Positions 36,789 through 46,942 of a DNA stretch of 64,000 nt are shown here, piece after piece. The stretch's first letter is position 1; the number at the start of each line of letters is the position of its first letter. The stretch comes from Clostridia bacterium (GTDB taxonomy: Bacteria; Bacillota; Clostridia; Oscillospirales; CAG-272), in contig JAFXHH010000010.1 of assembly GCA_017536475.1 (NCBI GenBank), positions 73,517 to 137,516 on the forward strand, given 5' to 3'. The position numbers and the translations under genes are program-made. The notes beneath the pieces were generated by a model. It saw nothing but the letters and a program-made list of their open reading frames with translations, was not told where the DNA came from and made no database searches.

Positions 36789-37073
36789 ATGGCAAACAAT
36801 CATGATGTTCAGGAGCTCGTTGTTGAGCAGAAGAAGAACCGCACACTTCTCTTCGTACTTATCGGAGTAGGTGTAGCTATCGTTGCGGCTATCGCAGCAG
36901 CAGCTGTATATCTCTCTTCCAAGAACGAGGAAGGCGAGAGACGCGGCAAGGTTCTCGTTGAGAAGATCAAGAGCAAGCTTCCTGCAAAGAAGACCGAAGA
37001 GGTTGAGGCTGAAGAGCTTTTTGAGGAAGAGTGCGAGTGCGCATGCGAGATCGCAGTTGAAGACGCTGAATAA
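36789..37073 (+). CDS. small single-TM protein with an acidic, Cys-containing tail (94 aa)
   Basis: The RBS AGGAGGA is strong, and a terminator-like hairpin follows at 37092-37135. Confidence 0.45.
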   Translation: MANNHDVQELVVEQKKNRTLLFVLIGVGVAIVAAIAAAAVYLSSKNEEGERRGKVLVEKIKSKLPAKKTEEVEAEELFEEECECACEIAVEDAE

Positions 37074-37145
37074 TTCTGACTTTTGAGCTTTCAGGGGAGT
37101 GTCGGCATTTATTGCGGCGCTCCCCTCATTCTTTTTCGTTATCTA

Positions 37146-37174
37146 TTGACTCTTTGCTGAGAATGATGTATAAT
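37146..37174 (+). promoter_or_regulatory. sigma-A-type promoter
   Basis: TTGACT-17 nt-TATAAT. Confidence 0.6.
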
Positions 37175-37209
37175 TAAACAAGTATAATGCGTCTTTTATA
37201 TGAGGTAGT

Positions 37210-37827
37210 ATGAAAAAATATAAAATACCAAAGGAAAACGCCGACCTACGTATTTACGCCGTCGTAAGAAATCTCAAACGTATATTTTTTTACGTATTGA
37301 TAGTGGTCGTTATGAATCTTTCTATGTTGTCATATCTCGACAAACGAGTCGCAGGTCTGCCCCCGATCAAATGGTGGGGATATCTCGTTTTCGAGGCGGT
37401 CGTCGTCGTGGGCGGCTGGATCGTGTGCAATATGTCGCTTTTCGTCACTGACAGATATACTTCGGGACGGATAAAGTCTATGAGGGCGGTTCGTAGCTAC
37501 GGTAGATTTTTATCAAGAAACGCAAAGCTTGACGTCGGCCCATATAACTATTTGAAGGTCAAGCTTGCTTGTAAGCGTGGGCGAAGAACGGTAAGAATAC
37601 AGCTTTTTGAGGACGGCTACGACGGTTATTATCGCGAGGGAGGCACTCTTGTGAAATTCCGTGGGCTTAACTATCCGCTTTGTCTTGAATCAGAGGCGGA
37701 GGGTGTGCACGTTTGCGCTGTCTGCGGCGTCAGAACGTGCGATAAAGACGGCACGGCCGAGAAGTTGGTCTGTGAAACCTGCAGACATACCATTATAGAC
37801 GTCAAGAATTTTGGGGAAAAAGCTTGA
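37210..37827 (+). CDS. 2-TM membrane protein with a C-terminal CxxC...CxxC zinc-ribbon-like motif (205 aa)
   Basis: The motif CAVCGVRTCDKDGTAEKLVCETCRH is present, with GAGGT RBS. The family is not recognised. Confidence 0.45.
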   Translation: MKKYKIPKENADLRIYAVVRNLKRIFFYVLIVVVMNLSMLSYLDKRVAGLPPIKWWGYLVFEAVVVVGGWIVCNMSLFVTDRYTSGRIKSMRAVRSYGRFLSRNAKLDVGPYNYLKVKLACKRGRRTVRIQLFEDGYDGYYREGGTLVKFRGLNYPLCLESEAEGVHVCAVCGVRTCDKDGTAEKLVCETCRHTIIDVKNFGEKA

Positions 37828-37831
37828 CAAC

Positions 37832-37869
37832 AAAAAAGGAGAGACTTCATTCGAAAGTCTCTCCTTTTT
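37832..37869. terminator. bidirectional terminator
   Basis: ggagagactt-cattcga-aagtctctcc is flanked by A6 and T5. Confidence 0.85.
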
Positions 37870-37873
37870 GTGT

Positions 37874-39349
37874 TTATATTTTCATCACGAATGCGGGGCA
37901 GGGCAGATTTGCACCGTTGCGCAGCGTGATATCGTCGGCGGTGATATTGGTCGACATAGCGTAACCGACGTGGGTGGGCTCAACGCCCTCGGGGACTTCG
38001 ACCTTGACGGTGTATCGCGTAGTAATAGTGGCGCGCGCCTTCTGTCTGCAATCGTATGCGCCGACGTAGAAGCCGTTTACCTCCATGTCGATGCTTTCGG
38101 CCGGGGCGTGTCCCGATGCGATAAGACCTGTGTGTATATTTTCAAATGCTATCTCTATCGATCTGCCTTCGTCTTCAAGTCTTGCATACGTGGGCATGGG
38201 GGAGTTTGCCTCGGATTCGCTTCCGATGCCGTACTCTCTGGCAAGTGCGAGGCTTGCTACTCGCTCGGCAAGCTCGAGCTTGCGGGGGCTGTGTGCCCAA
38301 TCCTCGTAGTCGATGGGTGAGCCGAGGTCCATATCTACGGTCAGGGTCGAGTTTGGGATGAGCTTGAGCGCATCGAACTGCTGTGTTCTCACGATATCGT
38401 GGAAGGGGAAGAACTGTGCGCCCTCGGCACGATAGTCGGACAGCTGAATGTTGTAGAAGGGGAAGTTGAAGCCGAAGCGCTCACGCTCGTCTGCAACCAG
38501 CACGGCAAGATCATGGGCGTATCTTTCGGCAAAGCGGCGCTCGATGCCCTCACTTTCGCCCTGAAAGTATATCATCGCCTTGAAGGGAAGCTTTAAGAAG
38601 GGGTTGACGAGGGTGTTGAAGTATCCCGCCTCCTTGACGTTCGCGCCGAACGTATAGCCCTCCGAGTGCGCGAGCTCTTCAGGGAGATATTCGCGTATGC
38701 AAGCGCCGCCCGCGGCGAGCACGATGAGTCCGAGGGGGATATCGGTCATACTTGTGATCTTCTTCGCAAAGTACCAGCCGAGAGCCGAGAACTCGCGCGA
38801 TGCCGCTTCGTCGGGGCGCTTCCAGCACCACTCGGGGCGGATAACGTCGCGCTGGGGCTCGTTGCAAAGCTCCTGATTTTCGTAAACTATGTGCTGAAAC
38901 TGTGTGAATACGCGGAAGTTGTCGTTCTCGGAAAAGTCGACGCTTGGGGTCAAAGCGAGGCAGGGAGCTAAAGGAAGAGCTGCGTTGGACTGACCGTGTA
39001 TCATCCAGACGTCGCCGATAAGAATGTCGTCAAAGGTGACCGTGTGTCCGCGGTCGTCGTTTATCGTCATCGTCTGACCCTCCCACTCGTATCTGCGGGG
39101 AGAGAAGCGAAGTGTCCAATTATTATCGTCATCTACCGTTGCTTTGGCGTATTCGCCCATAAAGCTTGCACTGACGGTGCTTCCGGGGGTGTCCGAAAAG
39201 CCCCATACGACGATCTCTTTGTCTCTCTGGAGCACCATGTGGGAGGAGAATGCGCCCGAGACCTTGAATTCGGGGCATTCCCACGTGCTTTTTGATATAT
39301 TTTCGACCACTTTCTTTTCTTTTGTGGGCAGTGCAATTGTTGTTTCCAT
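37874..39349 (-). CDS. sialate O-acetylesterase-like (SASA/DUF303, SGNH-type) carbohydrate esterase
   Basis: GDVWMIHGQSNA is the block I motif of the SASA family. The ATG at 39349 follows GGAGA. There is no signal peptide. Confidence 0.6.
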   Translation of the reverse strand: METTIALPTKEKKVVENISKSTWECPEFKVSGAFSSHMVLQRDKEIVVWGFSDTPGSTVSASFMGEYAKATVDDDNNWTLRFSPRRYEWEGQTMTINDDRGHTVTFDDILIGDVWMIHGQSNAALPLAPCLALTPSVDFSENDNFRVFTQFQHIVYENQELCNEPQRDVIRPEWCWKRPDEAASREFSALGWYFAKKITSMTDIPLGLIVLAAGGACIREYLPEELAHSEGYTFGANVKEAGYFNTLVNPFLKLPFKAMIYFQGESEGIERRFAERYAHDLAVLVADERERFGFNFPFYNIQLSDYRAEGAQFFPFHDIVRTQQFDALKLIPNSTLTVDMDLGSPIDYEDWAHSPRKLELAERVASLALAREYGIGSESEANSPMPTYARLEDEGRSIEIAFENIHTGLIASGHAPAESIDMEVNGFYVGAYDCRQKARATITTRYTVKVEVPEGVEPTHVGYAMSTNITADDITLRNGANLPCPAFVMKI

Positions 39350-39427
39350 AATAAATCTCCATTGGGTTATTTTCAACTATTATTTTATCACGAGGGCGGC
39401 TTTTTGTCAATAATTTTCGTCAAACTA

Positions 39428-39456
39428 TTGAAATGGCGGCGATTTTGTATTATAAT
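39428..39456 (+). promoter_or_regulatory. sigma-A-type promoter
   Basis: TTGAAA-17 nt-TATAAT. Confidence 0.6.
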
Positions 39457-39483
39457 TTATTTATCAGCTTTGAGAGGTTTTTT

Positions 39484-40641
39484 ATGGATAAAACTATAAG
39501 ATTATTTGATCAGCTTCCGTCCGAGAGCGAGTTTGAGGCAAGAGTGATTTCCTGCCTTCCCGACGGGCAGGGTAAATATGCCGTTGTGCTCGACAAAACC
39601 CTCTTTTTCCCCGAGGAGGGCGGTCAGGCGTGTGACACGGGTGTTCTTGGCGGTGTGGAGGTCATTCACGTTTGTGAGAAGGAGAGGGTCATTTATCACA
39701 CGGTAGCCGAGCCGCTGGCTGAGGGCAGCCTTGTGAGTGGCAAAATCGACTTCTGCGAGCGTTTTCGCAAAATGCAGAATCACACGGGCGAGCATATCGT
39801 TTCGGGGCTTATATTCAAAAATTTCGGGTTTAGCAACGTCGGTTTTCATCTTGGCAAGGATATAATGACCGCGGATTTTGACGGAGTGCTGGACGGCGAG
39901 CAGCTTTTACTGATAGAAACGCTTGCTAACCGCGCGGTGTTCGAATGTCACTCTATTCGAGGCTATTATCCGTCGACCGAGGAGCTTGAGACTCTCGAGT
40001 ACAGAAGCAAGCTTGATCTATGTGAGAACGTACGCATAGTTGAGATAGAGGGTGTTGACAAGTGCGCTTGCTGTGCGCCGCACGTTTCAAATACGGGTCA
40101 GGTCGGACTTATCAAGATACTTGAATGTGAAAAATACAAGGGTGGCATACGGCTTTATATGAAGTGCGGATTTGACGCGCTTGACGGCTATCGCGCCGAA
40201 TACGAGCAGAGCCGTCGCATCTCGGTCGCTATATCGGCAAGGCACGACGAGGTTGCACACGGAGTTGATCGCTTGCTTGAGGATATTTCGTCACTCAAGG
40301 GTGAGATCGCGGCGCTTAAACGCTCGTTGATGGCTTATAAGCTTGAGAAGATCGAGGCGACCGACGGAAATATTTGCATTTTTGAGGATGCTGGGCTTGA
40401 TGCGGTCTCTCTGCGCAATATGGCCAATGAGATCAAGAAGCGTTGCGGCGGCATTTGCGCCGTGTTTACAGGTGACGACGAGGGCGGCTACAAATACATA
40501 ATTGCGAGCGCCACGGTCGATCTGCGCGACCATGCGAAGGAGATAAACGCTGCTATCTCGGGTCGCGGCGGCGGCTCGTCTGAAATGATACAGGGAAGCT
40601 GCACGGCGAAGCGTGCGGAGATTGAAGAATATTTCGCTTGA
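39484..40641 (+). CDS. alaX: alanyl-tRNA editing protein (AlaX-L type, with DHHA1-like C-terminus)
   Basis: The HTGEH and CCAPH zinc motifs of the AlaRS second additional (editing) domain are present. Confidence 0.75.
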   Translation: MDKTIRLFDQLPSESEFEARVISCLPDGQGKYAVVLDKTLFFPEEGGQACDTGVLGGVEVIHVCEKERVIYHTVAEPLAEGSLVSGKIDFCERFRKMQNHTGEHIVSGLIFKNFGFSNVGFHLGKDIMTADFDGVLDGEQLLLIETLANRAVFECHSIRGYYPSTEELETLEYRSKLDLCENVRIVEIEGVDKCACCAPHVSNTGQVGLIKILECEKYKGGIRLYMKCGFDALDGYRAEYEQSRRISVAISARHDEVAHGVDRLLEDISSLKGEIAALKRSLMAYKLEKIEATDGNICIFEDAGLDAVSLRNMANEIKKRCGGICAVFTGDDEGGYKYIIASATVDLRDHAKEINAAISGRGGGSSEMIQGSCTAKRAEIEEYFA

Positions 40642-40675
40642 GATTTGTAATAATTTTTGGGGGGAGGTTTTGCTT

Positions 40676-41113
40676 ATGTTGAACACACCTTTTGGAACTA
40701 TTAAGATTTGTGTAGACGGAGTTTGTACGGATTACGAGGCTGTGGCAATTAATTTTACACGCCCGCCATGTGATAAAAAACCGATATCCGCATGCTACCG
40801 TATAGAAATACCTGCAAAAAATTGCGACTCGATTGCCTGCAAATTGGAGCCCGTGGACATCGATATTATCAACACGGGAGATTCGGGCGAAAGCTATTTG
40901 AATGCTCAATTTATAAAGGATAAATGCATTTTGACTATTGGAATGGAGGACGACAATCCCGCCTTTGAGTCACTTTGCTTGCCGTTTGGGTTGCAGTATA
41001 ATTTAATTTGCCCGATTGACAAGGTAGTTTTCGGCATTGCTTGGGCAACCGATTATGAATGTGATGGCGACGTTCGCACTTGGTTTGCCGCCGACCCAAC
41101 GATTTCATCATAA
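40676..41113 (+). CDS. hypothetical Cys-rich protein (145 aa)
   Basis: The ORF has GGAGG upstream and a terminator downstream. I recognise no family. Confidence 0.4.
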   Translation: MLNTPFGTIKICVDGVCTDYEAVAINFTRPPCDKKPISACYRIEIPAKNCDSIACKLEPVDIDIINTGDSGESYLNAQFIKDKCILTIGMEDDNPAFESLCLPFGLQYNLICPIDKVVFGIAWATDYECDGDVRTWFAADPTISS

Positions 41114-41158
41114 AAAAACACCCCCGACAGAGCTTCTGTCGGGGGATCCTTTTATTTT
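41113..41158 (+). terminator. rho-independent terminator
   Basis: cccccgacaga-gct-tctgtcggggg is followed by a T-rich tract. Confidence 0.8.
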
Positions 41159-41238
41159 GGTAAGTTTTTGCCGGAGGGGAGTGCAGAGGGGAACCTGCTT
41201 TTTTCAAAAAGCGGGTTCCCCTCTGCATTTATTTATTA

Positions 41239-42501
41239 TTAGTAACTGTTTCTCTTACGCTTTCTGATGCCGAAGAAGGTGACGAAGCCGACGAGCGAGC
41301 CGACGATCGCTATACAGATGATATAGATCGTGGGGCTTACGTCGATATCCGATTTCAGCTCCTCCCAGAGCTCATTGATAAGGGCGAGCTTTTCGGGGGT
41401 GAGGTTTTCGTAATAGGTTGCTTCAACGTGGCCAAGGTCATACATTTTTTCAAAGGCGTCGTCCTTGATCTCGTTCATATAGTCACGGTATTCCTCGCTC
41501 TCAACGACCTTTGCGTTGGGAGAGGCGTAATAGGTGTATTCGGCGTTCGCTATTGCGGGAGCGCCGTATTTTTCATCTACGCTGAGCATAAAGTTGATGT
41601 ATCGCTCTGCCACCGTTTTATTCGCGGAGGTCTTGGGGATACACATAGCGTCGACGTAGAGGTTCGTACCCTCGGAGGGGTAGAAAAAGTCGAGGCTCTC
41701 GTTGTTTTCGTACATAGCCAGGAAGTCGCCTGCATAGTATGCTGCGATCGCAGCGCTTCCGCCCTCCATCTTGTTGAATATCTCGTCCATGACGTAGCCC
41801 TGAACAATATTCTTCTGCGCCTTGAGCTCCTCGAGCGCGCGTCTCCACTCGGCTTCGTTGTCGGTGTTGACGTCGATTCCAAGCTTATACTGCGCGGTGC
41901 CGAGTGCGTCGCGGGAGTTATTGAATTGCAGGATGTTGCCTTTGTACTTTTCGTTCCACATGATATCCCACGAGCCGATATCCTCCTCGTCCACCATCTC
42001 GGTATTATAGATGATACCGATCATTCCATAGAAGTAGGGAACGGAGTATACGCTACCCTCGTCGTAGTAGTCGTATTTTGCGTTCTCACCGAAGAATTCG
42101 GAGTCGAGATTTTCCTTTGCCAAGGGGATGTTATCGTAATTAAGCGGAGCGAGCTTGTCCTCCTTGATGAGTCGCTCGATCATATAGTCCGAGGGGACTA
42201 TAATATCGTAGCTGACTGCGCCGCCCGAGAGCTTGGCGTACATATCCTCGTTGGAGGAGTAGGTCGAATAGCTGACCTTGACTCGTTCGCCGAAGGTGTC
42301 GAAGTACCATTTTTCAAATTGCTCGTTGGAGTCTACCGAATCTTCGCTTCCGTCGGAGATGTATTCACCCCAGTTATAGACGTAGAGCGTGGTCACGTCG
42401 CCGCTGTCGTTTGCCTTGTCACAGGCAAAGAGGCAACAGCAGGTCGCGGCAAGGAGAGAAAGGAGGAGCAATGTGGAGATGATTTTTTTGATATTTTTCA
42501 T
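41239..42501 (-). CDS. potD: spermidine/putrescine ABC transporter substrate-binding lipoprotein with an extra C-terminal TM helix
   Basis: It has the lipobox LFAC and a PotD-like core, and it is the last gene of potABCD. The C-terminus TIYIICIAIVGSLVGFVTFFGIRKRKR is hydrophobic followed by a basic tail. Confidence 0.8.
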   Translation of the reverse strand: MKNIKKIISTLLLLSLLAATCCCLFACDKANDSGDVTTLYVYNWGEYISDGSEDSVDSNEQFEKWYFDTFGERVKVSYSTYSSNEDMYAKLSGGAVSYDIIVPSDYMIERLIKEDKLAPLNYDNIPLAKENLDSEFFGENAKYDYYDEGSVYSVPYFYGMIGIIYNTEMVDEEDIGSWDIMWNEKYKGNILQFNNSRDALGTAQYKLGIDVNTDNEAEWRRALEELKAQKNIVQGYVMDEIFNKMEGGSAAIAAYYAGDFLAMYENNESLDFFYPSEGTNLYVDAMCIPKTSANKTVAERYINFMLSVDEKYGAPAIANAEYTYYASPNAKVVESEEYRDYMNEIKDDAFEKMYDLGHVEATYYENLTPEKLALINELWEELKSDIDVSPTIYIICIAIVGSLVGFVTFFGIRKRKRNSY

Positions 42502-43314
42502 TTACGCCACCCCGTTTCTCTTTTTCTTCTTGTTGACCGAGCCCGTAAAGTTGACTGCAAGCAGGATCGCAAGAATGATCGCTACGATAAGGGCGCAGAG
42601 CGCGTACATACTGAACTTGACGTTGTGCACGGTCTGGTTATAAACGTAGAGGGGAAGTGTCTGGAAGTTCGGCGAGCTTACAAAATGGCTGATCACGAAG
42701 TCGTCGAGTGAAAGTGTGAAGCTCATCATAAGTGCCGAGACGATACCGGGCACTATTTCGGGAAGCTCTACCGAAAAGAATGCGCGGGCGGGGGTACATC
42801 CAAGATCCTGAGCCGCCTCGGAGAGCGATTTGTCAAGCTGGTTAAATCTCGGCATAATGGAAAGCAGCGCATAGGGCAGATTGAAGGTTGTGTGCGCTAT
42901 AAGCATAGTTCCGAAGCCGAAGAATTGCTTTGCGTGAATAAAATTGGCTACCGCCACGAAGAGCAGCATCATAGATACGCCCGTGACGATATCGGGGTTC
43001 ATCATAGGTATGTTGGTGACCGATTTCACCGCGCCCTTGACATACTTGTTTCTCATGTGGTGAAGTCCAAGCGCCGCAAAGGTTGCTATGCCCGTTGCTA
43101 TGACCGATGAGCAGACCGCGAGAATAAGAGAGTTCTTCAGTGCGGTCAGAGCCTCTTCGTCGCGGAAGAGCTCGCCGTACCATTTGAGCGATATGCCCGT
43201 GAACTCGCTGAGCGAGCCGCCGTCGTTAAACGAGAAGACGATGAGCACCACGATGGGCGCGTAGAGCAGGGCGAATATGATGAACATATAGAATTTTGAC
43301 AGGAATTTCATCAT
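42502..43314 (-). CDS. potC: spermidine/putrescine ABC transporter permease
   Basis: It has 6 TM segments and the EAA-loop region LSEAAQDLG. The ATG at 43314 overlaps the potB stop. Confidence 0.85.
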   Translation of the reverse strand: MMKFLSKFYMFIIFALLYAPIVVLIVFSFNDGGSLSEFTGISLKWYGELFRDEEALTALKNSLILAVCSSVIATGIATFAALGLHHMRNKYVKGAVKSVTNIPMMNPDIVTGVSMMLLFVAVANFIHAKQFFGFGTMLIAHTTFNLPYALLSIMPRFNQLDKSLSEAAQDLGCTPARAFFSVELPEIVPGIVSALMMSFTLSLDDFVISHFVSSPNFQTLPLYVYNQTVHNVKFSMYALCALIVAIILAILLAVNFTGSVNKKKKRNGVA

Positions 43315-44132
43315 ATGATCACACCTCCTTCGTCGTCGGAGAACTTGTTCATTATCCATACCGAAATGAGAATGAGTATCATCATAACGAGGGAAATGAC
43401 CGCGCCGACGTTATAGGTGCTGGTGTTCTGGAAGAGTCGCTCGATGGTGTCGCCTATGAGGTCGATCTTACCTGCACCGAGCTTCTGCGAGATGTAGAAC
43501 GTGCTGATAGAGGGTACGAATACCATAGTCACGCCCGAGACGATTCCCGATGCGGTGAGGGGAAGGACGACCTTTGTCATGGTCTGGATATTGTTACAGC
43601 CGAGGTCGTGTGCCGCCTCAATATAGCGGTTGTCAAGCTTTGTGATCGACGTGAAGATCGGCAGTACCATATAGGGTAGGAAATCATAGACCATACCGAG
43701 AATAACGCCAAAATCCGAACCGACGATGCGGAGCTTGTCAAGTCCCATGCTCTCGAGGAAGGAGTTAAGCAGTCCTCCGTTGTCGAGCAGAGCCATAAGC
43801 GCGTAGGTGCGGATAAGCAGATTGCACCACATAGGGAGCATTATAAGCACCATAAGCAGCTTTTGTGTTTTCGGCTTGCTTCTCGCCATAAAATACGCGA
43901 GGGGATAACCAATAAGCAGGCAGACTACGGTTGCTATCAATGCAAACGCGATCGACAGGACGAACACGTTGCCGTACTGCGAGAGCGTTGAAATATTTGA
44001 AAGGGAAAAACGTCCGTCTGCATCGGTAAACGCGAAGTAGAGGACGAACAGCATCGGCGCCACGATGAACAGGACCATCCAGACGATGTGGGGAGCCGCC
44101 GCCATTTTCTGAAAGAGCGAGCCTTTTTTCAT
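43311..44132 (-). CDS. potB: spermidine/putrescine ABC transporter permease
   Basis: It has 6 TM segments and IEAAHDLG. It overlaps the potA stop (ATGA). Confidence 0.85.
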   Translation of the reverse strand: MKKGSLFQKMAAAPHIVWMVLFIVAPMLFVLYFAFTDADGRFSLSNISTLSQYGNVFVLSIAFALIATVVCLLIGYPLAYFMARSKPKTQKLLMVLIMLPMWCNLLIRTYALMALLDNGGLLNSFLESMGLDKLRIVGSDFGVILGMVYDFLPYMVLPIFTSITKLDNRYIEAAHDLGCNNIQTMTKVVLPLTASGIVSGVTMVFVPSISTFYISQKLGAGKIDLIGDTIERLFQNTSTYNVGAVISLVMMILILISVWIMNKFSDDEGGVII

Positions 44133-45265
44133 TCCTCTCCCTCCTCCTTTTCGGGCTCTGTGGGGTCGGCAAGCTGGTCAAGCTCGTCCGAGAATGAGGA
44201 ATAGTCGCCGAACATACCCGAGAATTCGGACTTGTTCATAATATGTATTGCTTCGGGCTCGATGAAAAGACCGATATGCTCGCCTTCTGCTACAAAATCG
44301 GTGGTCTGTATCATCCACTTGAAGCCGTTGATATCAACGATGATCTCCCAGTGCACGCCCTTGAAGGTGACCGAGGTGACGGTGCCCTGAAGCATACCCT
44401 TGTCGGCCGAAACTACGTCAACGTCCTCGGGACGCACTACTACGTCGACCTTCTGATTCTTTTCAAATCCAGCGTCGACACACTCGAAGGTGTGGCCCGA
44501 GAAGCGAACCTTATAGTCCTCGAGCATAATTCCGTCGACGATGTTACTCTCGCCGATGAAGTCTGCGACGAATGCGTTTTCAGGCTCGTTGTATATGTCG
44601 GTAGGAGAGCCTATCTGCTGTATCTGTCCGTTTGCCATAACTACGACGGTATCGGACATGGAGAGAGCCTCCTCCTGATCGTGAGTGACGTATATAAAGG
44701 TGATACCCGTTGCCTTCTGGATCTTTTTAAGCTCGTTCTGCATATCCTTGCGGAGCTTGAGGTCGAGTGCGCCGAGAGGCTCGTCGAGGAGCAGCACCTC
44801 GGGCTCGTTGATAAGAGCTCTCGCGATCGCAACTCTCTGCTGCTGACCGCCCGAAAGGGTGCTTACGCGACGGCGCTCGAAGCCCTTGAGGTTGACCATC
44901 GAGAGCATTTCCTTGACCTTGGTGCGAATCGTTTCCTCGGGCGTCTTTTTAAGACGCAGACCGAAGGCTACGTTCTCAAATACGTTGAGGTGAGGGAAGA
45001 GTGCGTATTTTTGGAAGACCGTATTTACGGGTCTCTGATGAGGGGGGACTTCCTTGACGCTTTTGCCGTCAAACTTTACGTCGCCCGTGTCAGCTGTCTC
45101 AAAGCCGCCTATTATACGCAGAGTCGTGGTCTTGCCGCAGCCCGAGGGACCGAGAAGAGTCACGAATTCTTTGTCGTGGATCTTGAGGTTGATGTGGTCG
45201 AGAACTATCTCGCCATCAAAGGATTTTGACACATCAGTCAGGTTGATGATTACTTCTTTTTCCAT
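44129..45265 (-). CDS. potA: spermidine/putrescine ABC transporter ATP-binding protein
   Basis: It has Walker [10 protein letters not shown], the signature LSGGQQQR, Walker B LLLDEP, and a TOBE-like C-terminus. Confidence 0.9.
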   Translation of the reverse strand: MEKEVIINLTDVSKSFDGEIVLDHINLKIHDKEFVTLLGPSGCGKTTTLRIIGGFETADTGDVKFDGKSVKEVPPHQRPVNTVFQKYALFPHLNVFENVAFGLRLKKTPEETIRTKVKEMLSMVNLKGFERRRVSTLSGGQQQRVAIARALINEPEVLLLDEPLGALDLKLRKDMQNELKKIQKATGITFIYVTHDQEEALSMSDTVVVMANGQIQQIGSPTDIYNEPENAFVADFIGESNIVDGIMLEDYKVRFSGHTFECVDAGFEKNQKVDVVVRPEDVDVVSADKGMLQGTVTSVTFKGVHWEIIVDINGFKWMIQTTDFVAEGEHIGLFIEPEAIHIMNKSEFSGMFGDYSSFSDELDQLADPTEPEKEEGEE

Positions 45266-45472
45266 TACACATAAAAACTCCTTTTAAAATCTGAGATTAG
45301 CGTTCCCCTTTGCGATGGTTGAAAAGCTTGTGCGATAAGGGTCTCGCCGAAATTTTTGATGCGTTTTCCGACAATGTGTGGCGCGCAGGTCTTGCCTTGC
45401 CGTTTCCGTCTTAGAACGACAGATACTTCCTTTTATTGTTTATAGCATAATAAGGACAGTATAACAGCATAC

Positions 45473-45501
45473 ATTTTATCATAATTTTACACTAATTGCA
45501 A
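45473..45501 (-). promoter_or_regulatory. sigma-A-type promoter for potABCD (implies a ~200-nt leader)
   Basis: The minus strand reads TTGCAA-17 nt-TAAAAT. Confidence 0.55.
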
Positions 45502-45515
45502 TAGGTTTTAAAAAA

Positions 45516-45606
45516 ATTCTCCAAAAATCACGGTTTTTTGTGAAAAATCCAAAAAAATCGGCATCGGTTGCGAGTTTTGGAGATTATTTTTGGAAAATCT
45601 CCAAAA
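45516..45606. repeat. TCTCCAAAA motif copies including an 11-bp inverted repeat
   Basis: ttttggagatt (45575-85) and aatctccaaaa (45596-606) are exact inverted repeats. A further direct copy, attctccaaaaa, is at 45516-27. Confidence 0.7.
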
Positions 45607-45704
45607 TGCTCGCTTATGCTCTTTTATTCTCGCGAATTTAAAAAATAACTCGCTGAAAAAATGAATATTTTTGTGAATATTCATTTTTGTAGTTGTGTAT
45701 TGAA

Positions 45705-46868
45705 TTAAACGCGGTACTGCCTGACTATATCGCGGATTGCAAGACAGAGGCTATCGACCTCTTTTTCGGTGTTGAAGATGCCAAATCCGATGCGGACCGC
45801 GCCGCCGTCGGCAGTCCCGAGCGCTTTGTGGGCAAGGGGAGAGCAGTGGTATCCCGTGCGAAGACAGAAGCCGCGGTCGGAGAGCAGTTCTCCAACGTCG
45901 TCGGCAGGGATACCGTTTACGTTGAATAGCAGGACGCTGCCCTCGGTGTCGTCGTAGATCGTCAGATCCTTGATAGAGGAGAGGCGGTCGTAGGTCTGCC
46001 GCCAGAGCTTGCGCTCGTGGCCCCCGATGGTATGAAGTCCGAAGCTTCTGATGAATTCAATGCCCGATACAAGACCTGCTATGGCAGGAGTGCAGAGCGT
46101 GCCGCCCTCGTACCTTTCGGGGCTTTCGTTGCCCATTGAGAGCTCGAGCGAGTTGACTCCGTTTCCTCCCTCGGTGAGAGTCGCGAGCTTTTGAAGTCCT
46201 TTTCGCATTATCATAATGCCGCAGCCTTGGGGAGAATAGAGTCCTTTATGGGCGGGGAGGCAGAGGATATCGATGCAGTCCTTTTCCATATTGATCGGCA
46301 GGTGTCCTGCGGATTGGGCGGCATCCACGCAGAAAAGGATTCCGTGGCGGCGGCAGAATTCTCCGATCTCGCGAATCGGGAGGGAATAAGAGCAGATATT
46401 TGACGAGTGGATGCAGGTCAGCATTTTCGTGTCCTTGCGGAGCTTGGAGATTATGTTGGTGATGATTTCCTTGGTACTCAGAGGCTTTGTCTTGTCGTAA
46501 GCCTTGAAGATATCGTAGCGCAGTACGTTATCCCTTGCCATTCTTGCCGCCGGGCGCAACACGGAGTTGTGCTCCATATTGCTGATGAGCATGTGGCCGC
46601 CGTTGCTCATAACCCCTTTTATCGCCATATTGAGAGCGTAGGTGGTGTTGAGGGTGAAGACTACGTTTTCGGGGGTGCTGCCGAAGAAATCGGCGACGGA
46701 TTCTCTTGCCTCAAAGACCTTTTCGGCGCTCATCATGGCGATCGGGTGAGAGCCGCGCCCAGCGTTTCCGCAATATTCGCTCATACATTCATAGGCTGCG
46801 TTCAGTACGCTTTGAGGCTTTGGAAAGGTGGTGGCGGCGTTGTCGAAATAGACGATGTTTTGTAGCAT
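45705..46868 (-). CDS. class V aminotransferase-fold PLP enzyme (cysteine desulfurase / selenocysteine lyase-like)
   Basis: FDNAATT is at the N-terminus, and the PLP-lysine region is LPAHKGLYSPQG. GAGGAG RBS is upstream. Confidence 0.8.
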   Translation of the reverse strand: MLQNIVYFDNAATTFPKPQSVLNAAYECMSEYCGNAGRGSHPIAMMSAEKVFEARESVADFFGSTPENVVFTLNTTYALNMAIKGVMSNGGHMLISNMEHNSVLRPAARMARDNVLRYDIFKAYDKTKPLSTKEIITNIISKLRKDTKMLTCIHSSNICSYSLPIREIGEFCRRHGILFCVDAAQSAGHLPINMEKDCIDILCLPAHKGLYSPQGCGIMIMRKGLQKLATLTEGGNGVNSLELSMGNESPERYEGGTLCTPAIAGLVSGIEFIRSFGLHTIGGHERKLWRQTYDRLSSIKDLTIYDDTEGSVLLFNVNGIPADDVGELLSDRGFCLRTGYHCSPLAHKALGTADGGAVRIGFGIFNTEKEVDSLCLAIRDIVRQYRV

Positions 46869-46900
46869 TTGGAGGACTCCTCTCGTGATATATTTTTTGA

Positions 46901-46938
46901 TAAAAAACGCCCCTCACCGAAGATCTTGGAGAGGGGCG
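46901..46938 (-). terminator. rho-independent terminator after the DUF3343-like gene
   Basis: The minus strand reads cgcccctc-(15 nt)-gaggggcg followed by T6. Confidence 0.7.
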
Positions 46939-46942
46939 GCGA

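Noticed and set aside
41183-41226. The 13-bp-arm inverted repeat gcagaggggaacc...ggttcccctctgc just downstream of potD could be a special element.
   Set aside because: It is most simply a terminator-type hairpin in the convergent gap between the 40676 ORF and potD. It has an A/T-rich loop and no repeats elsewhere in the window.
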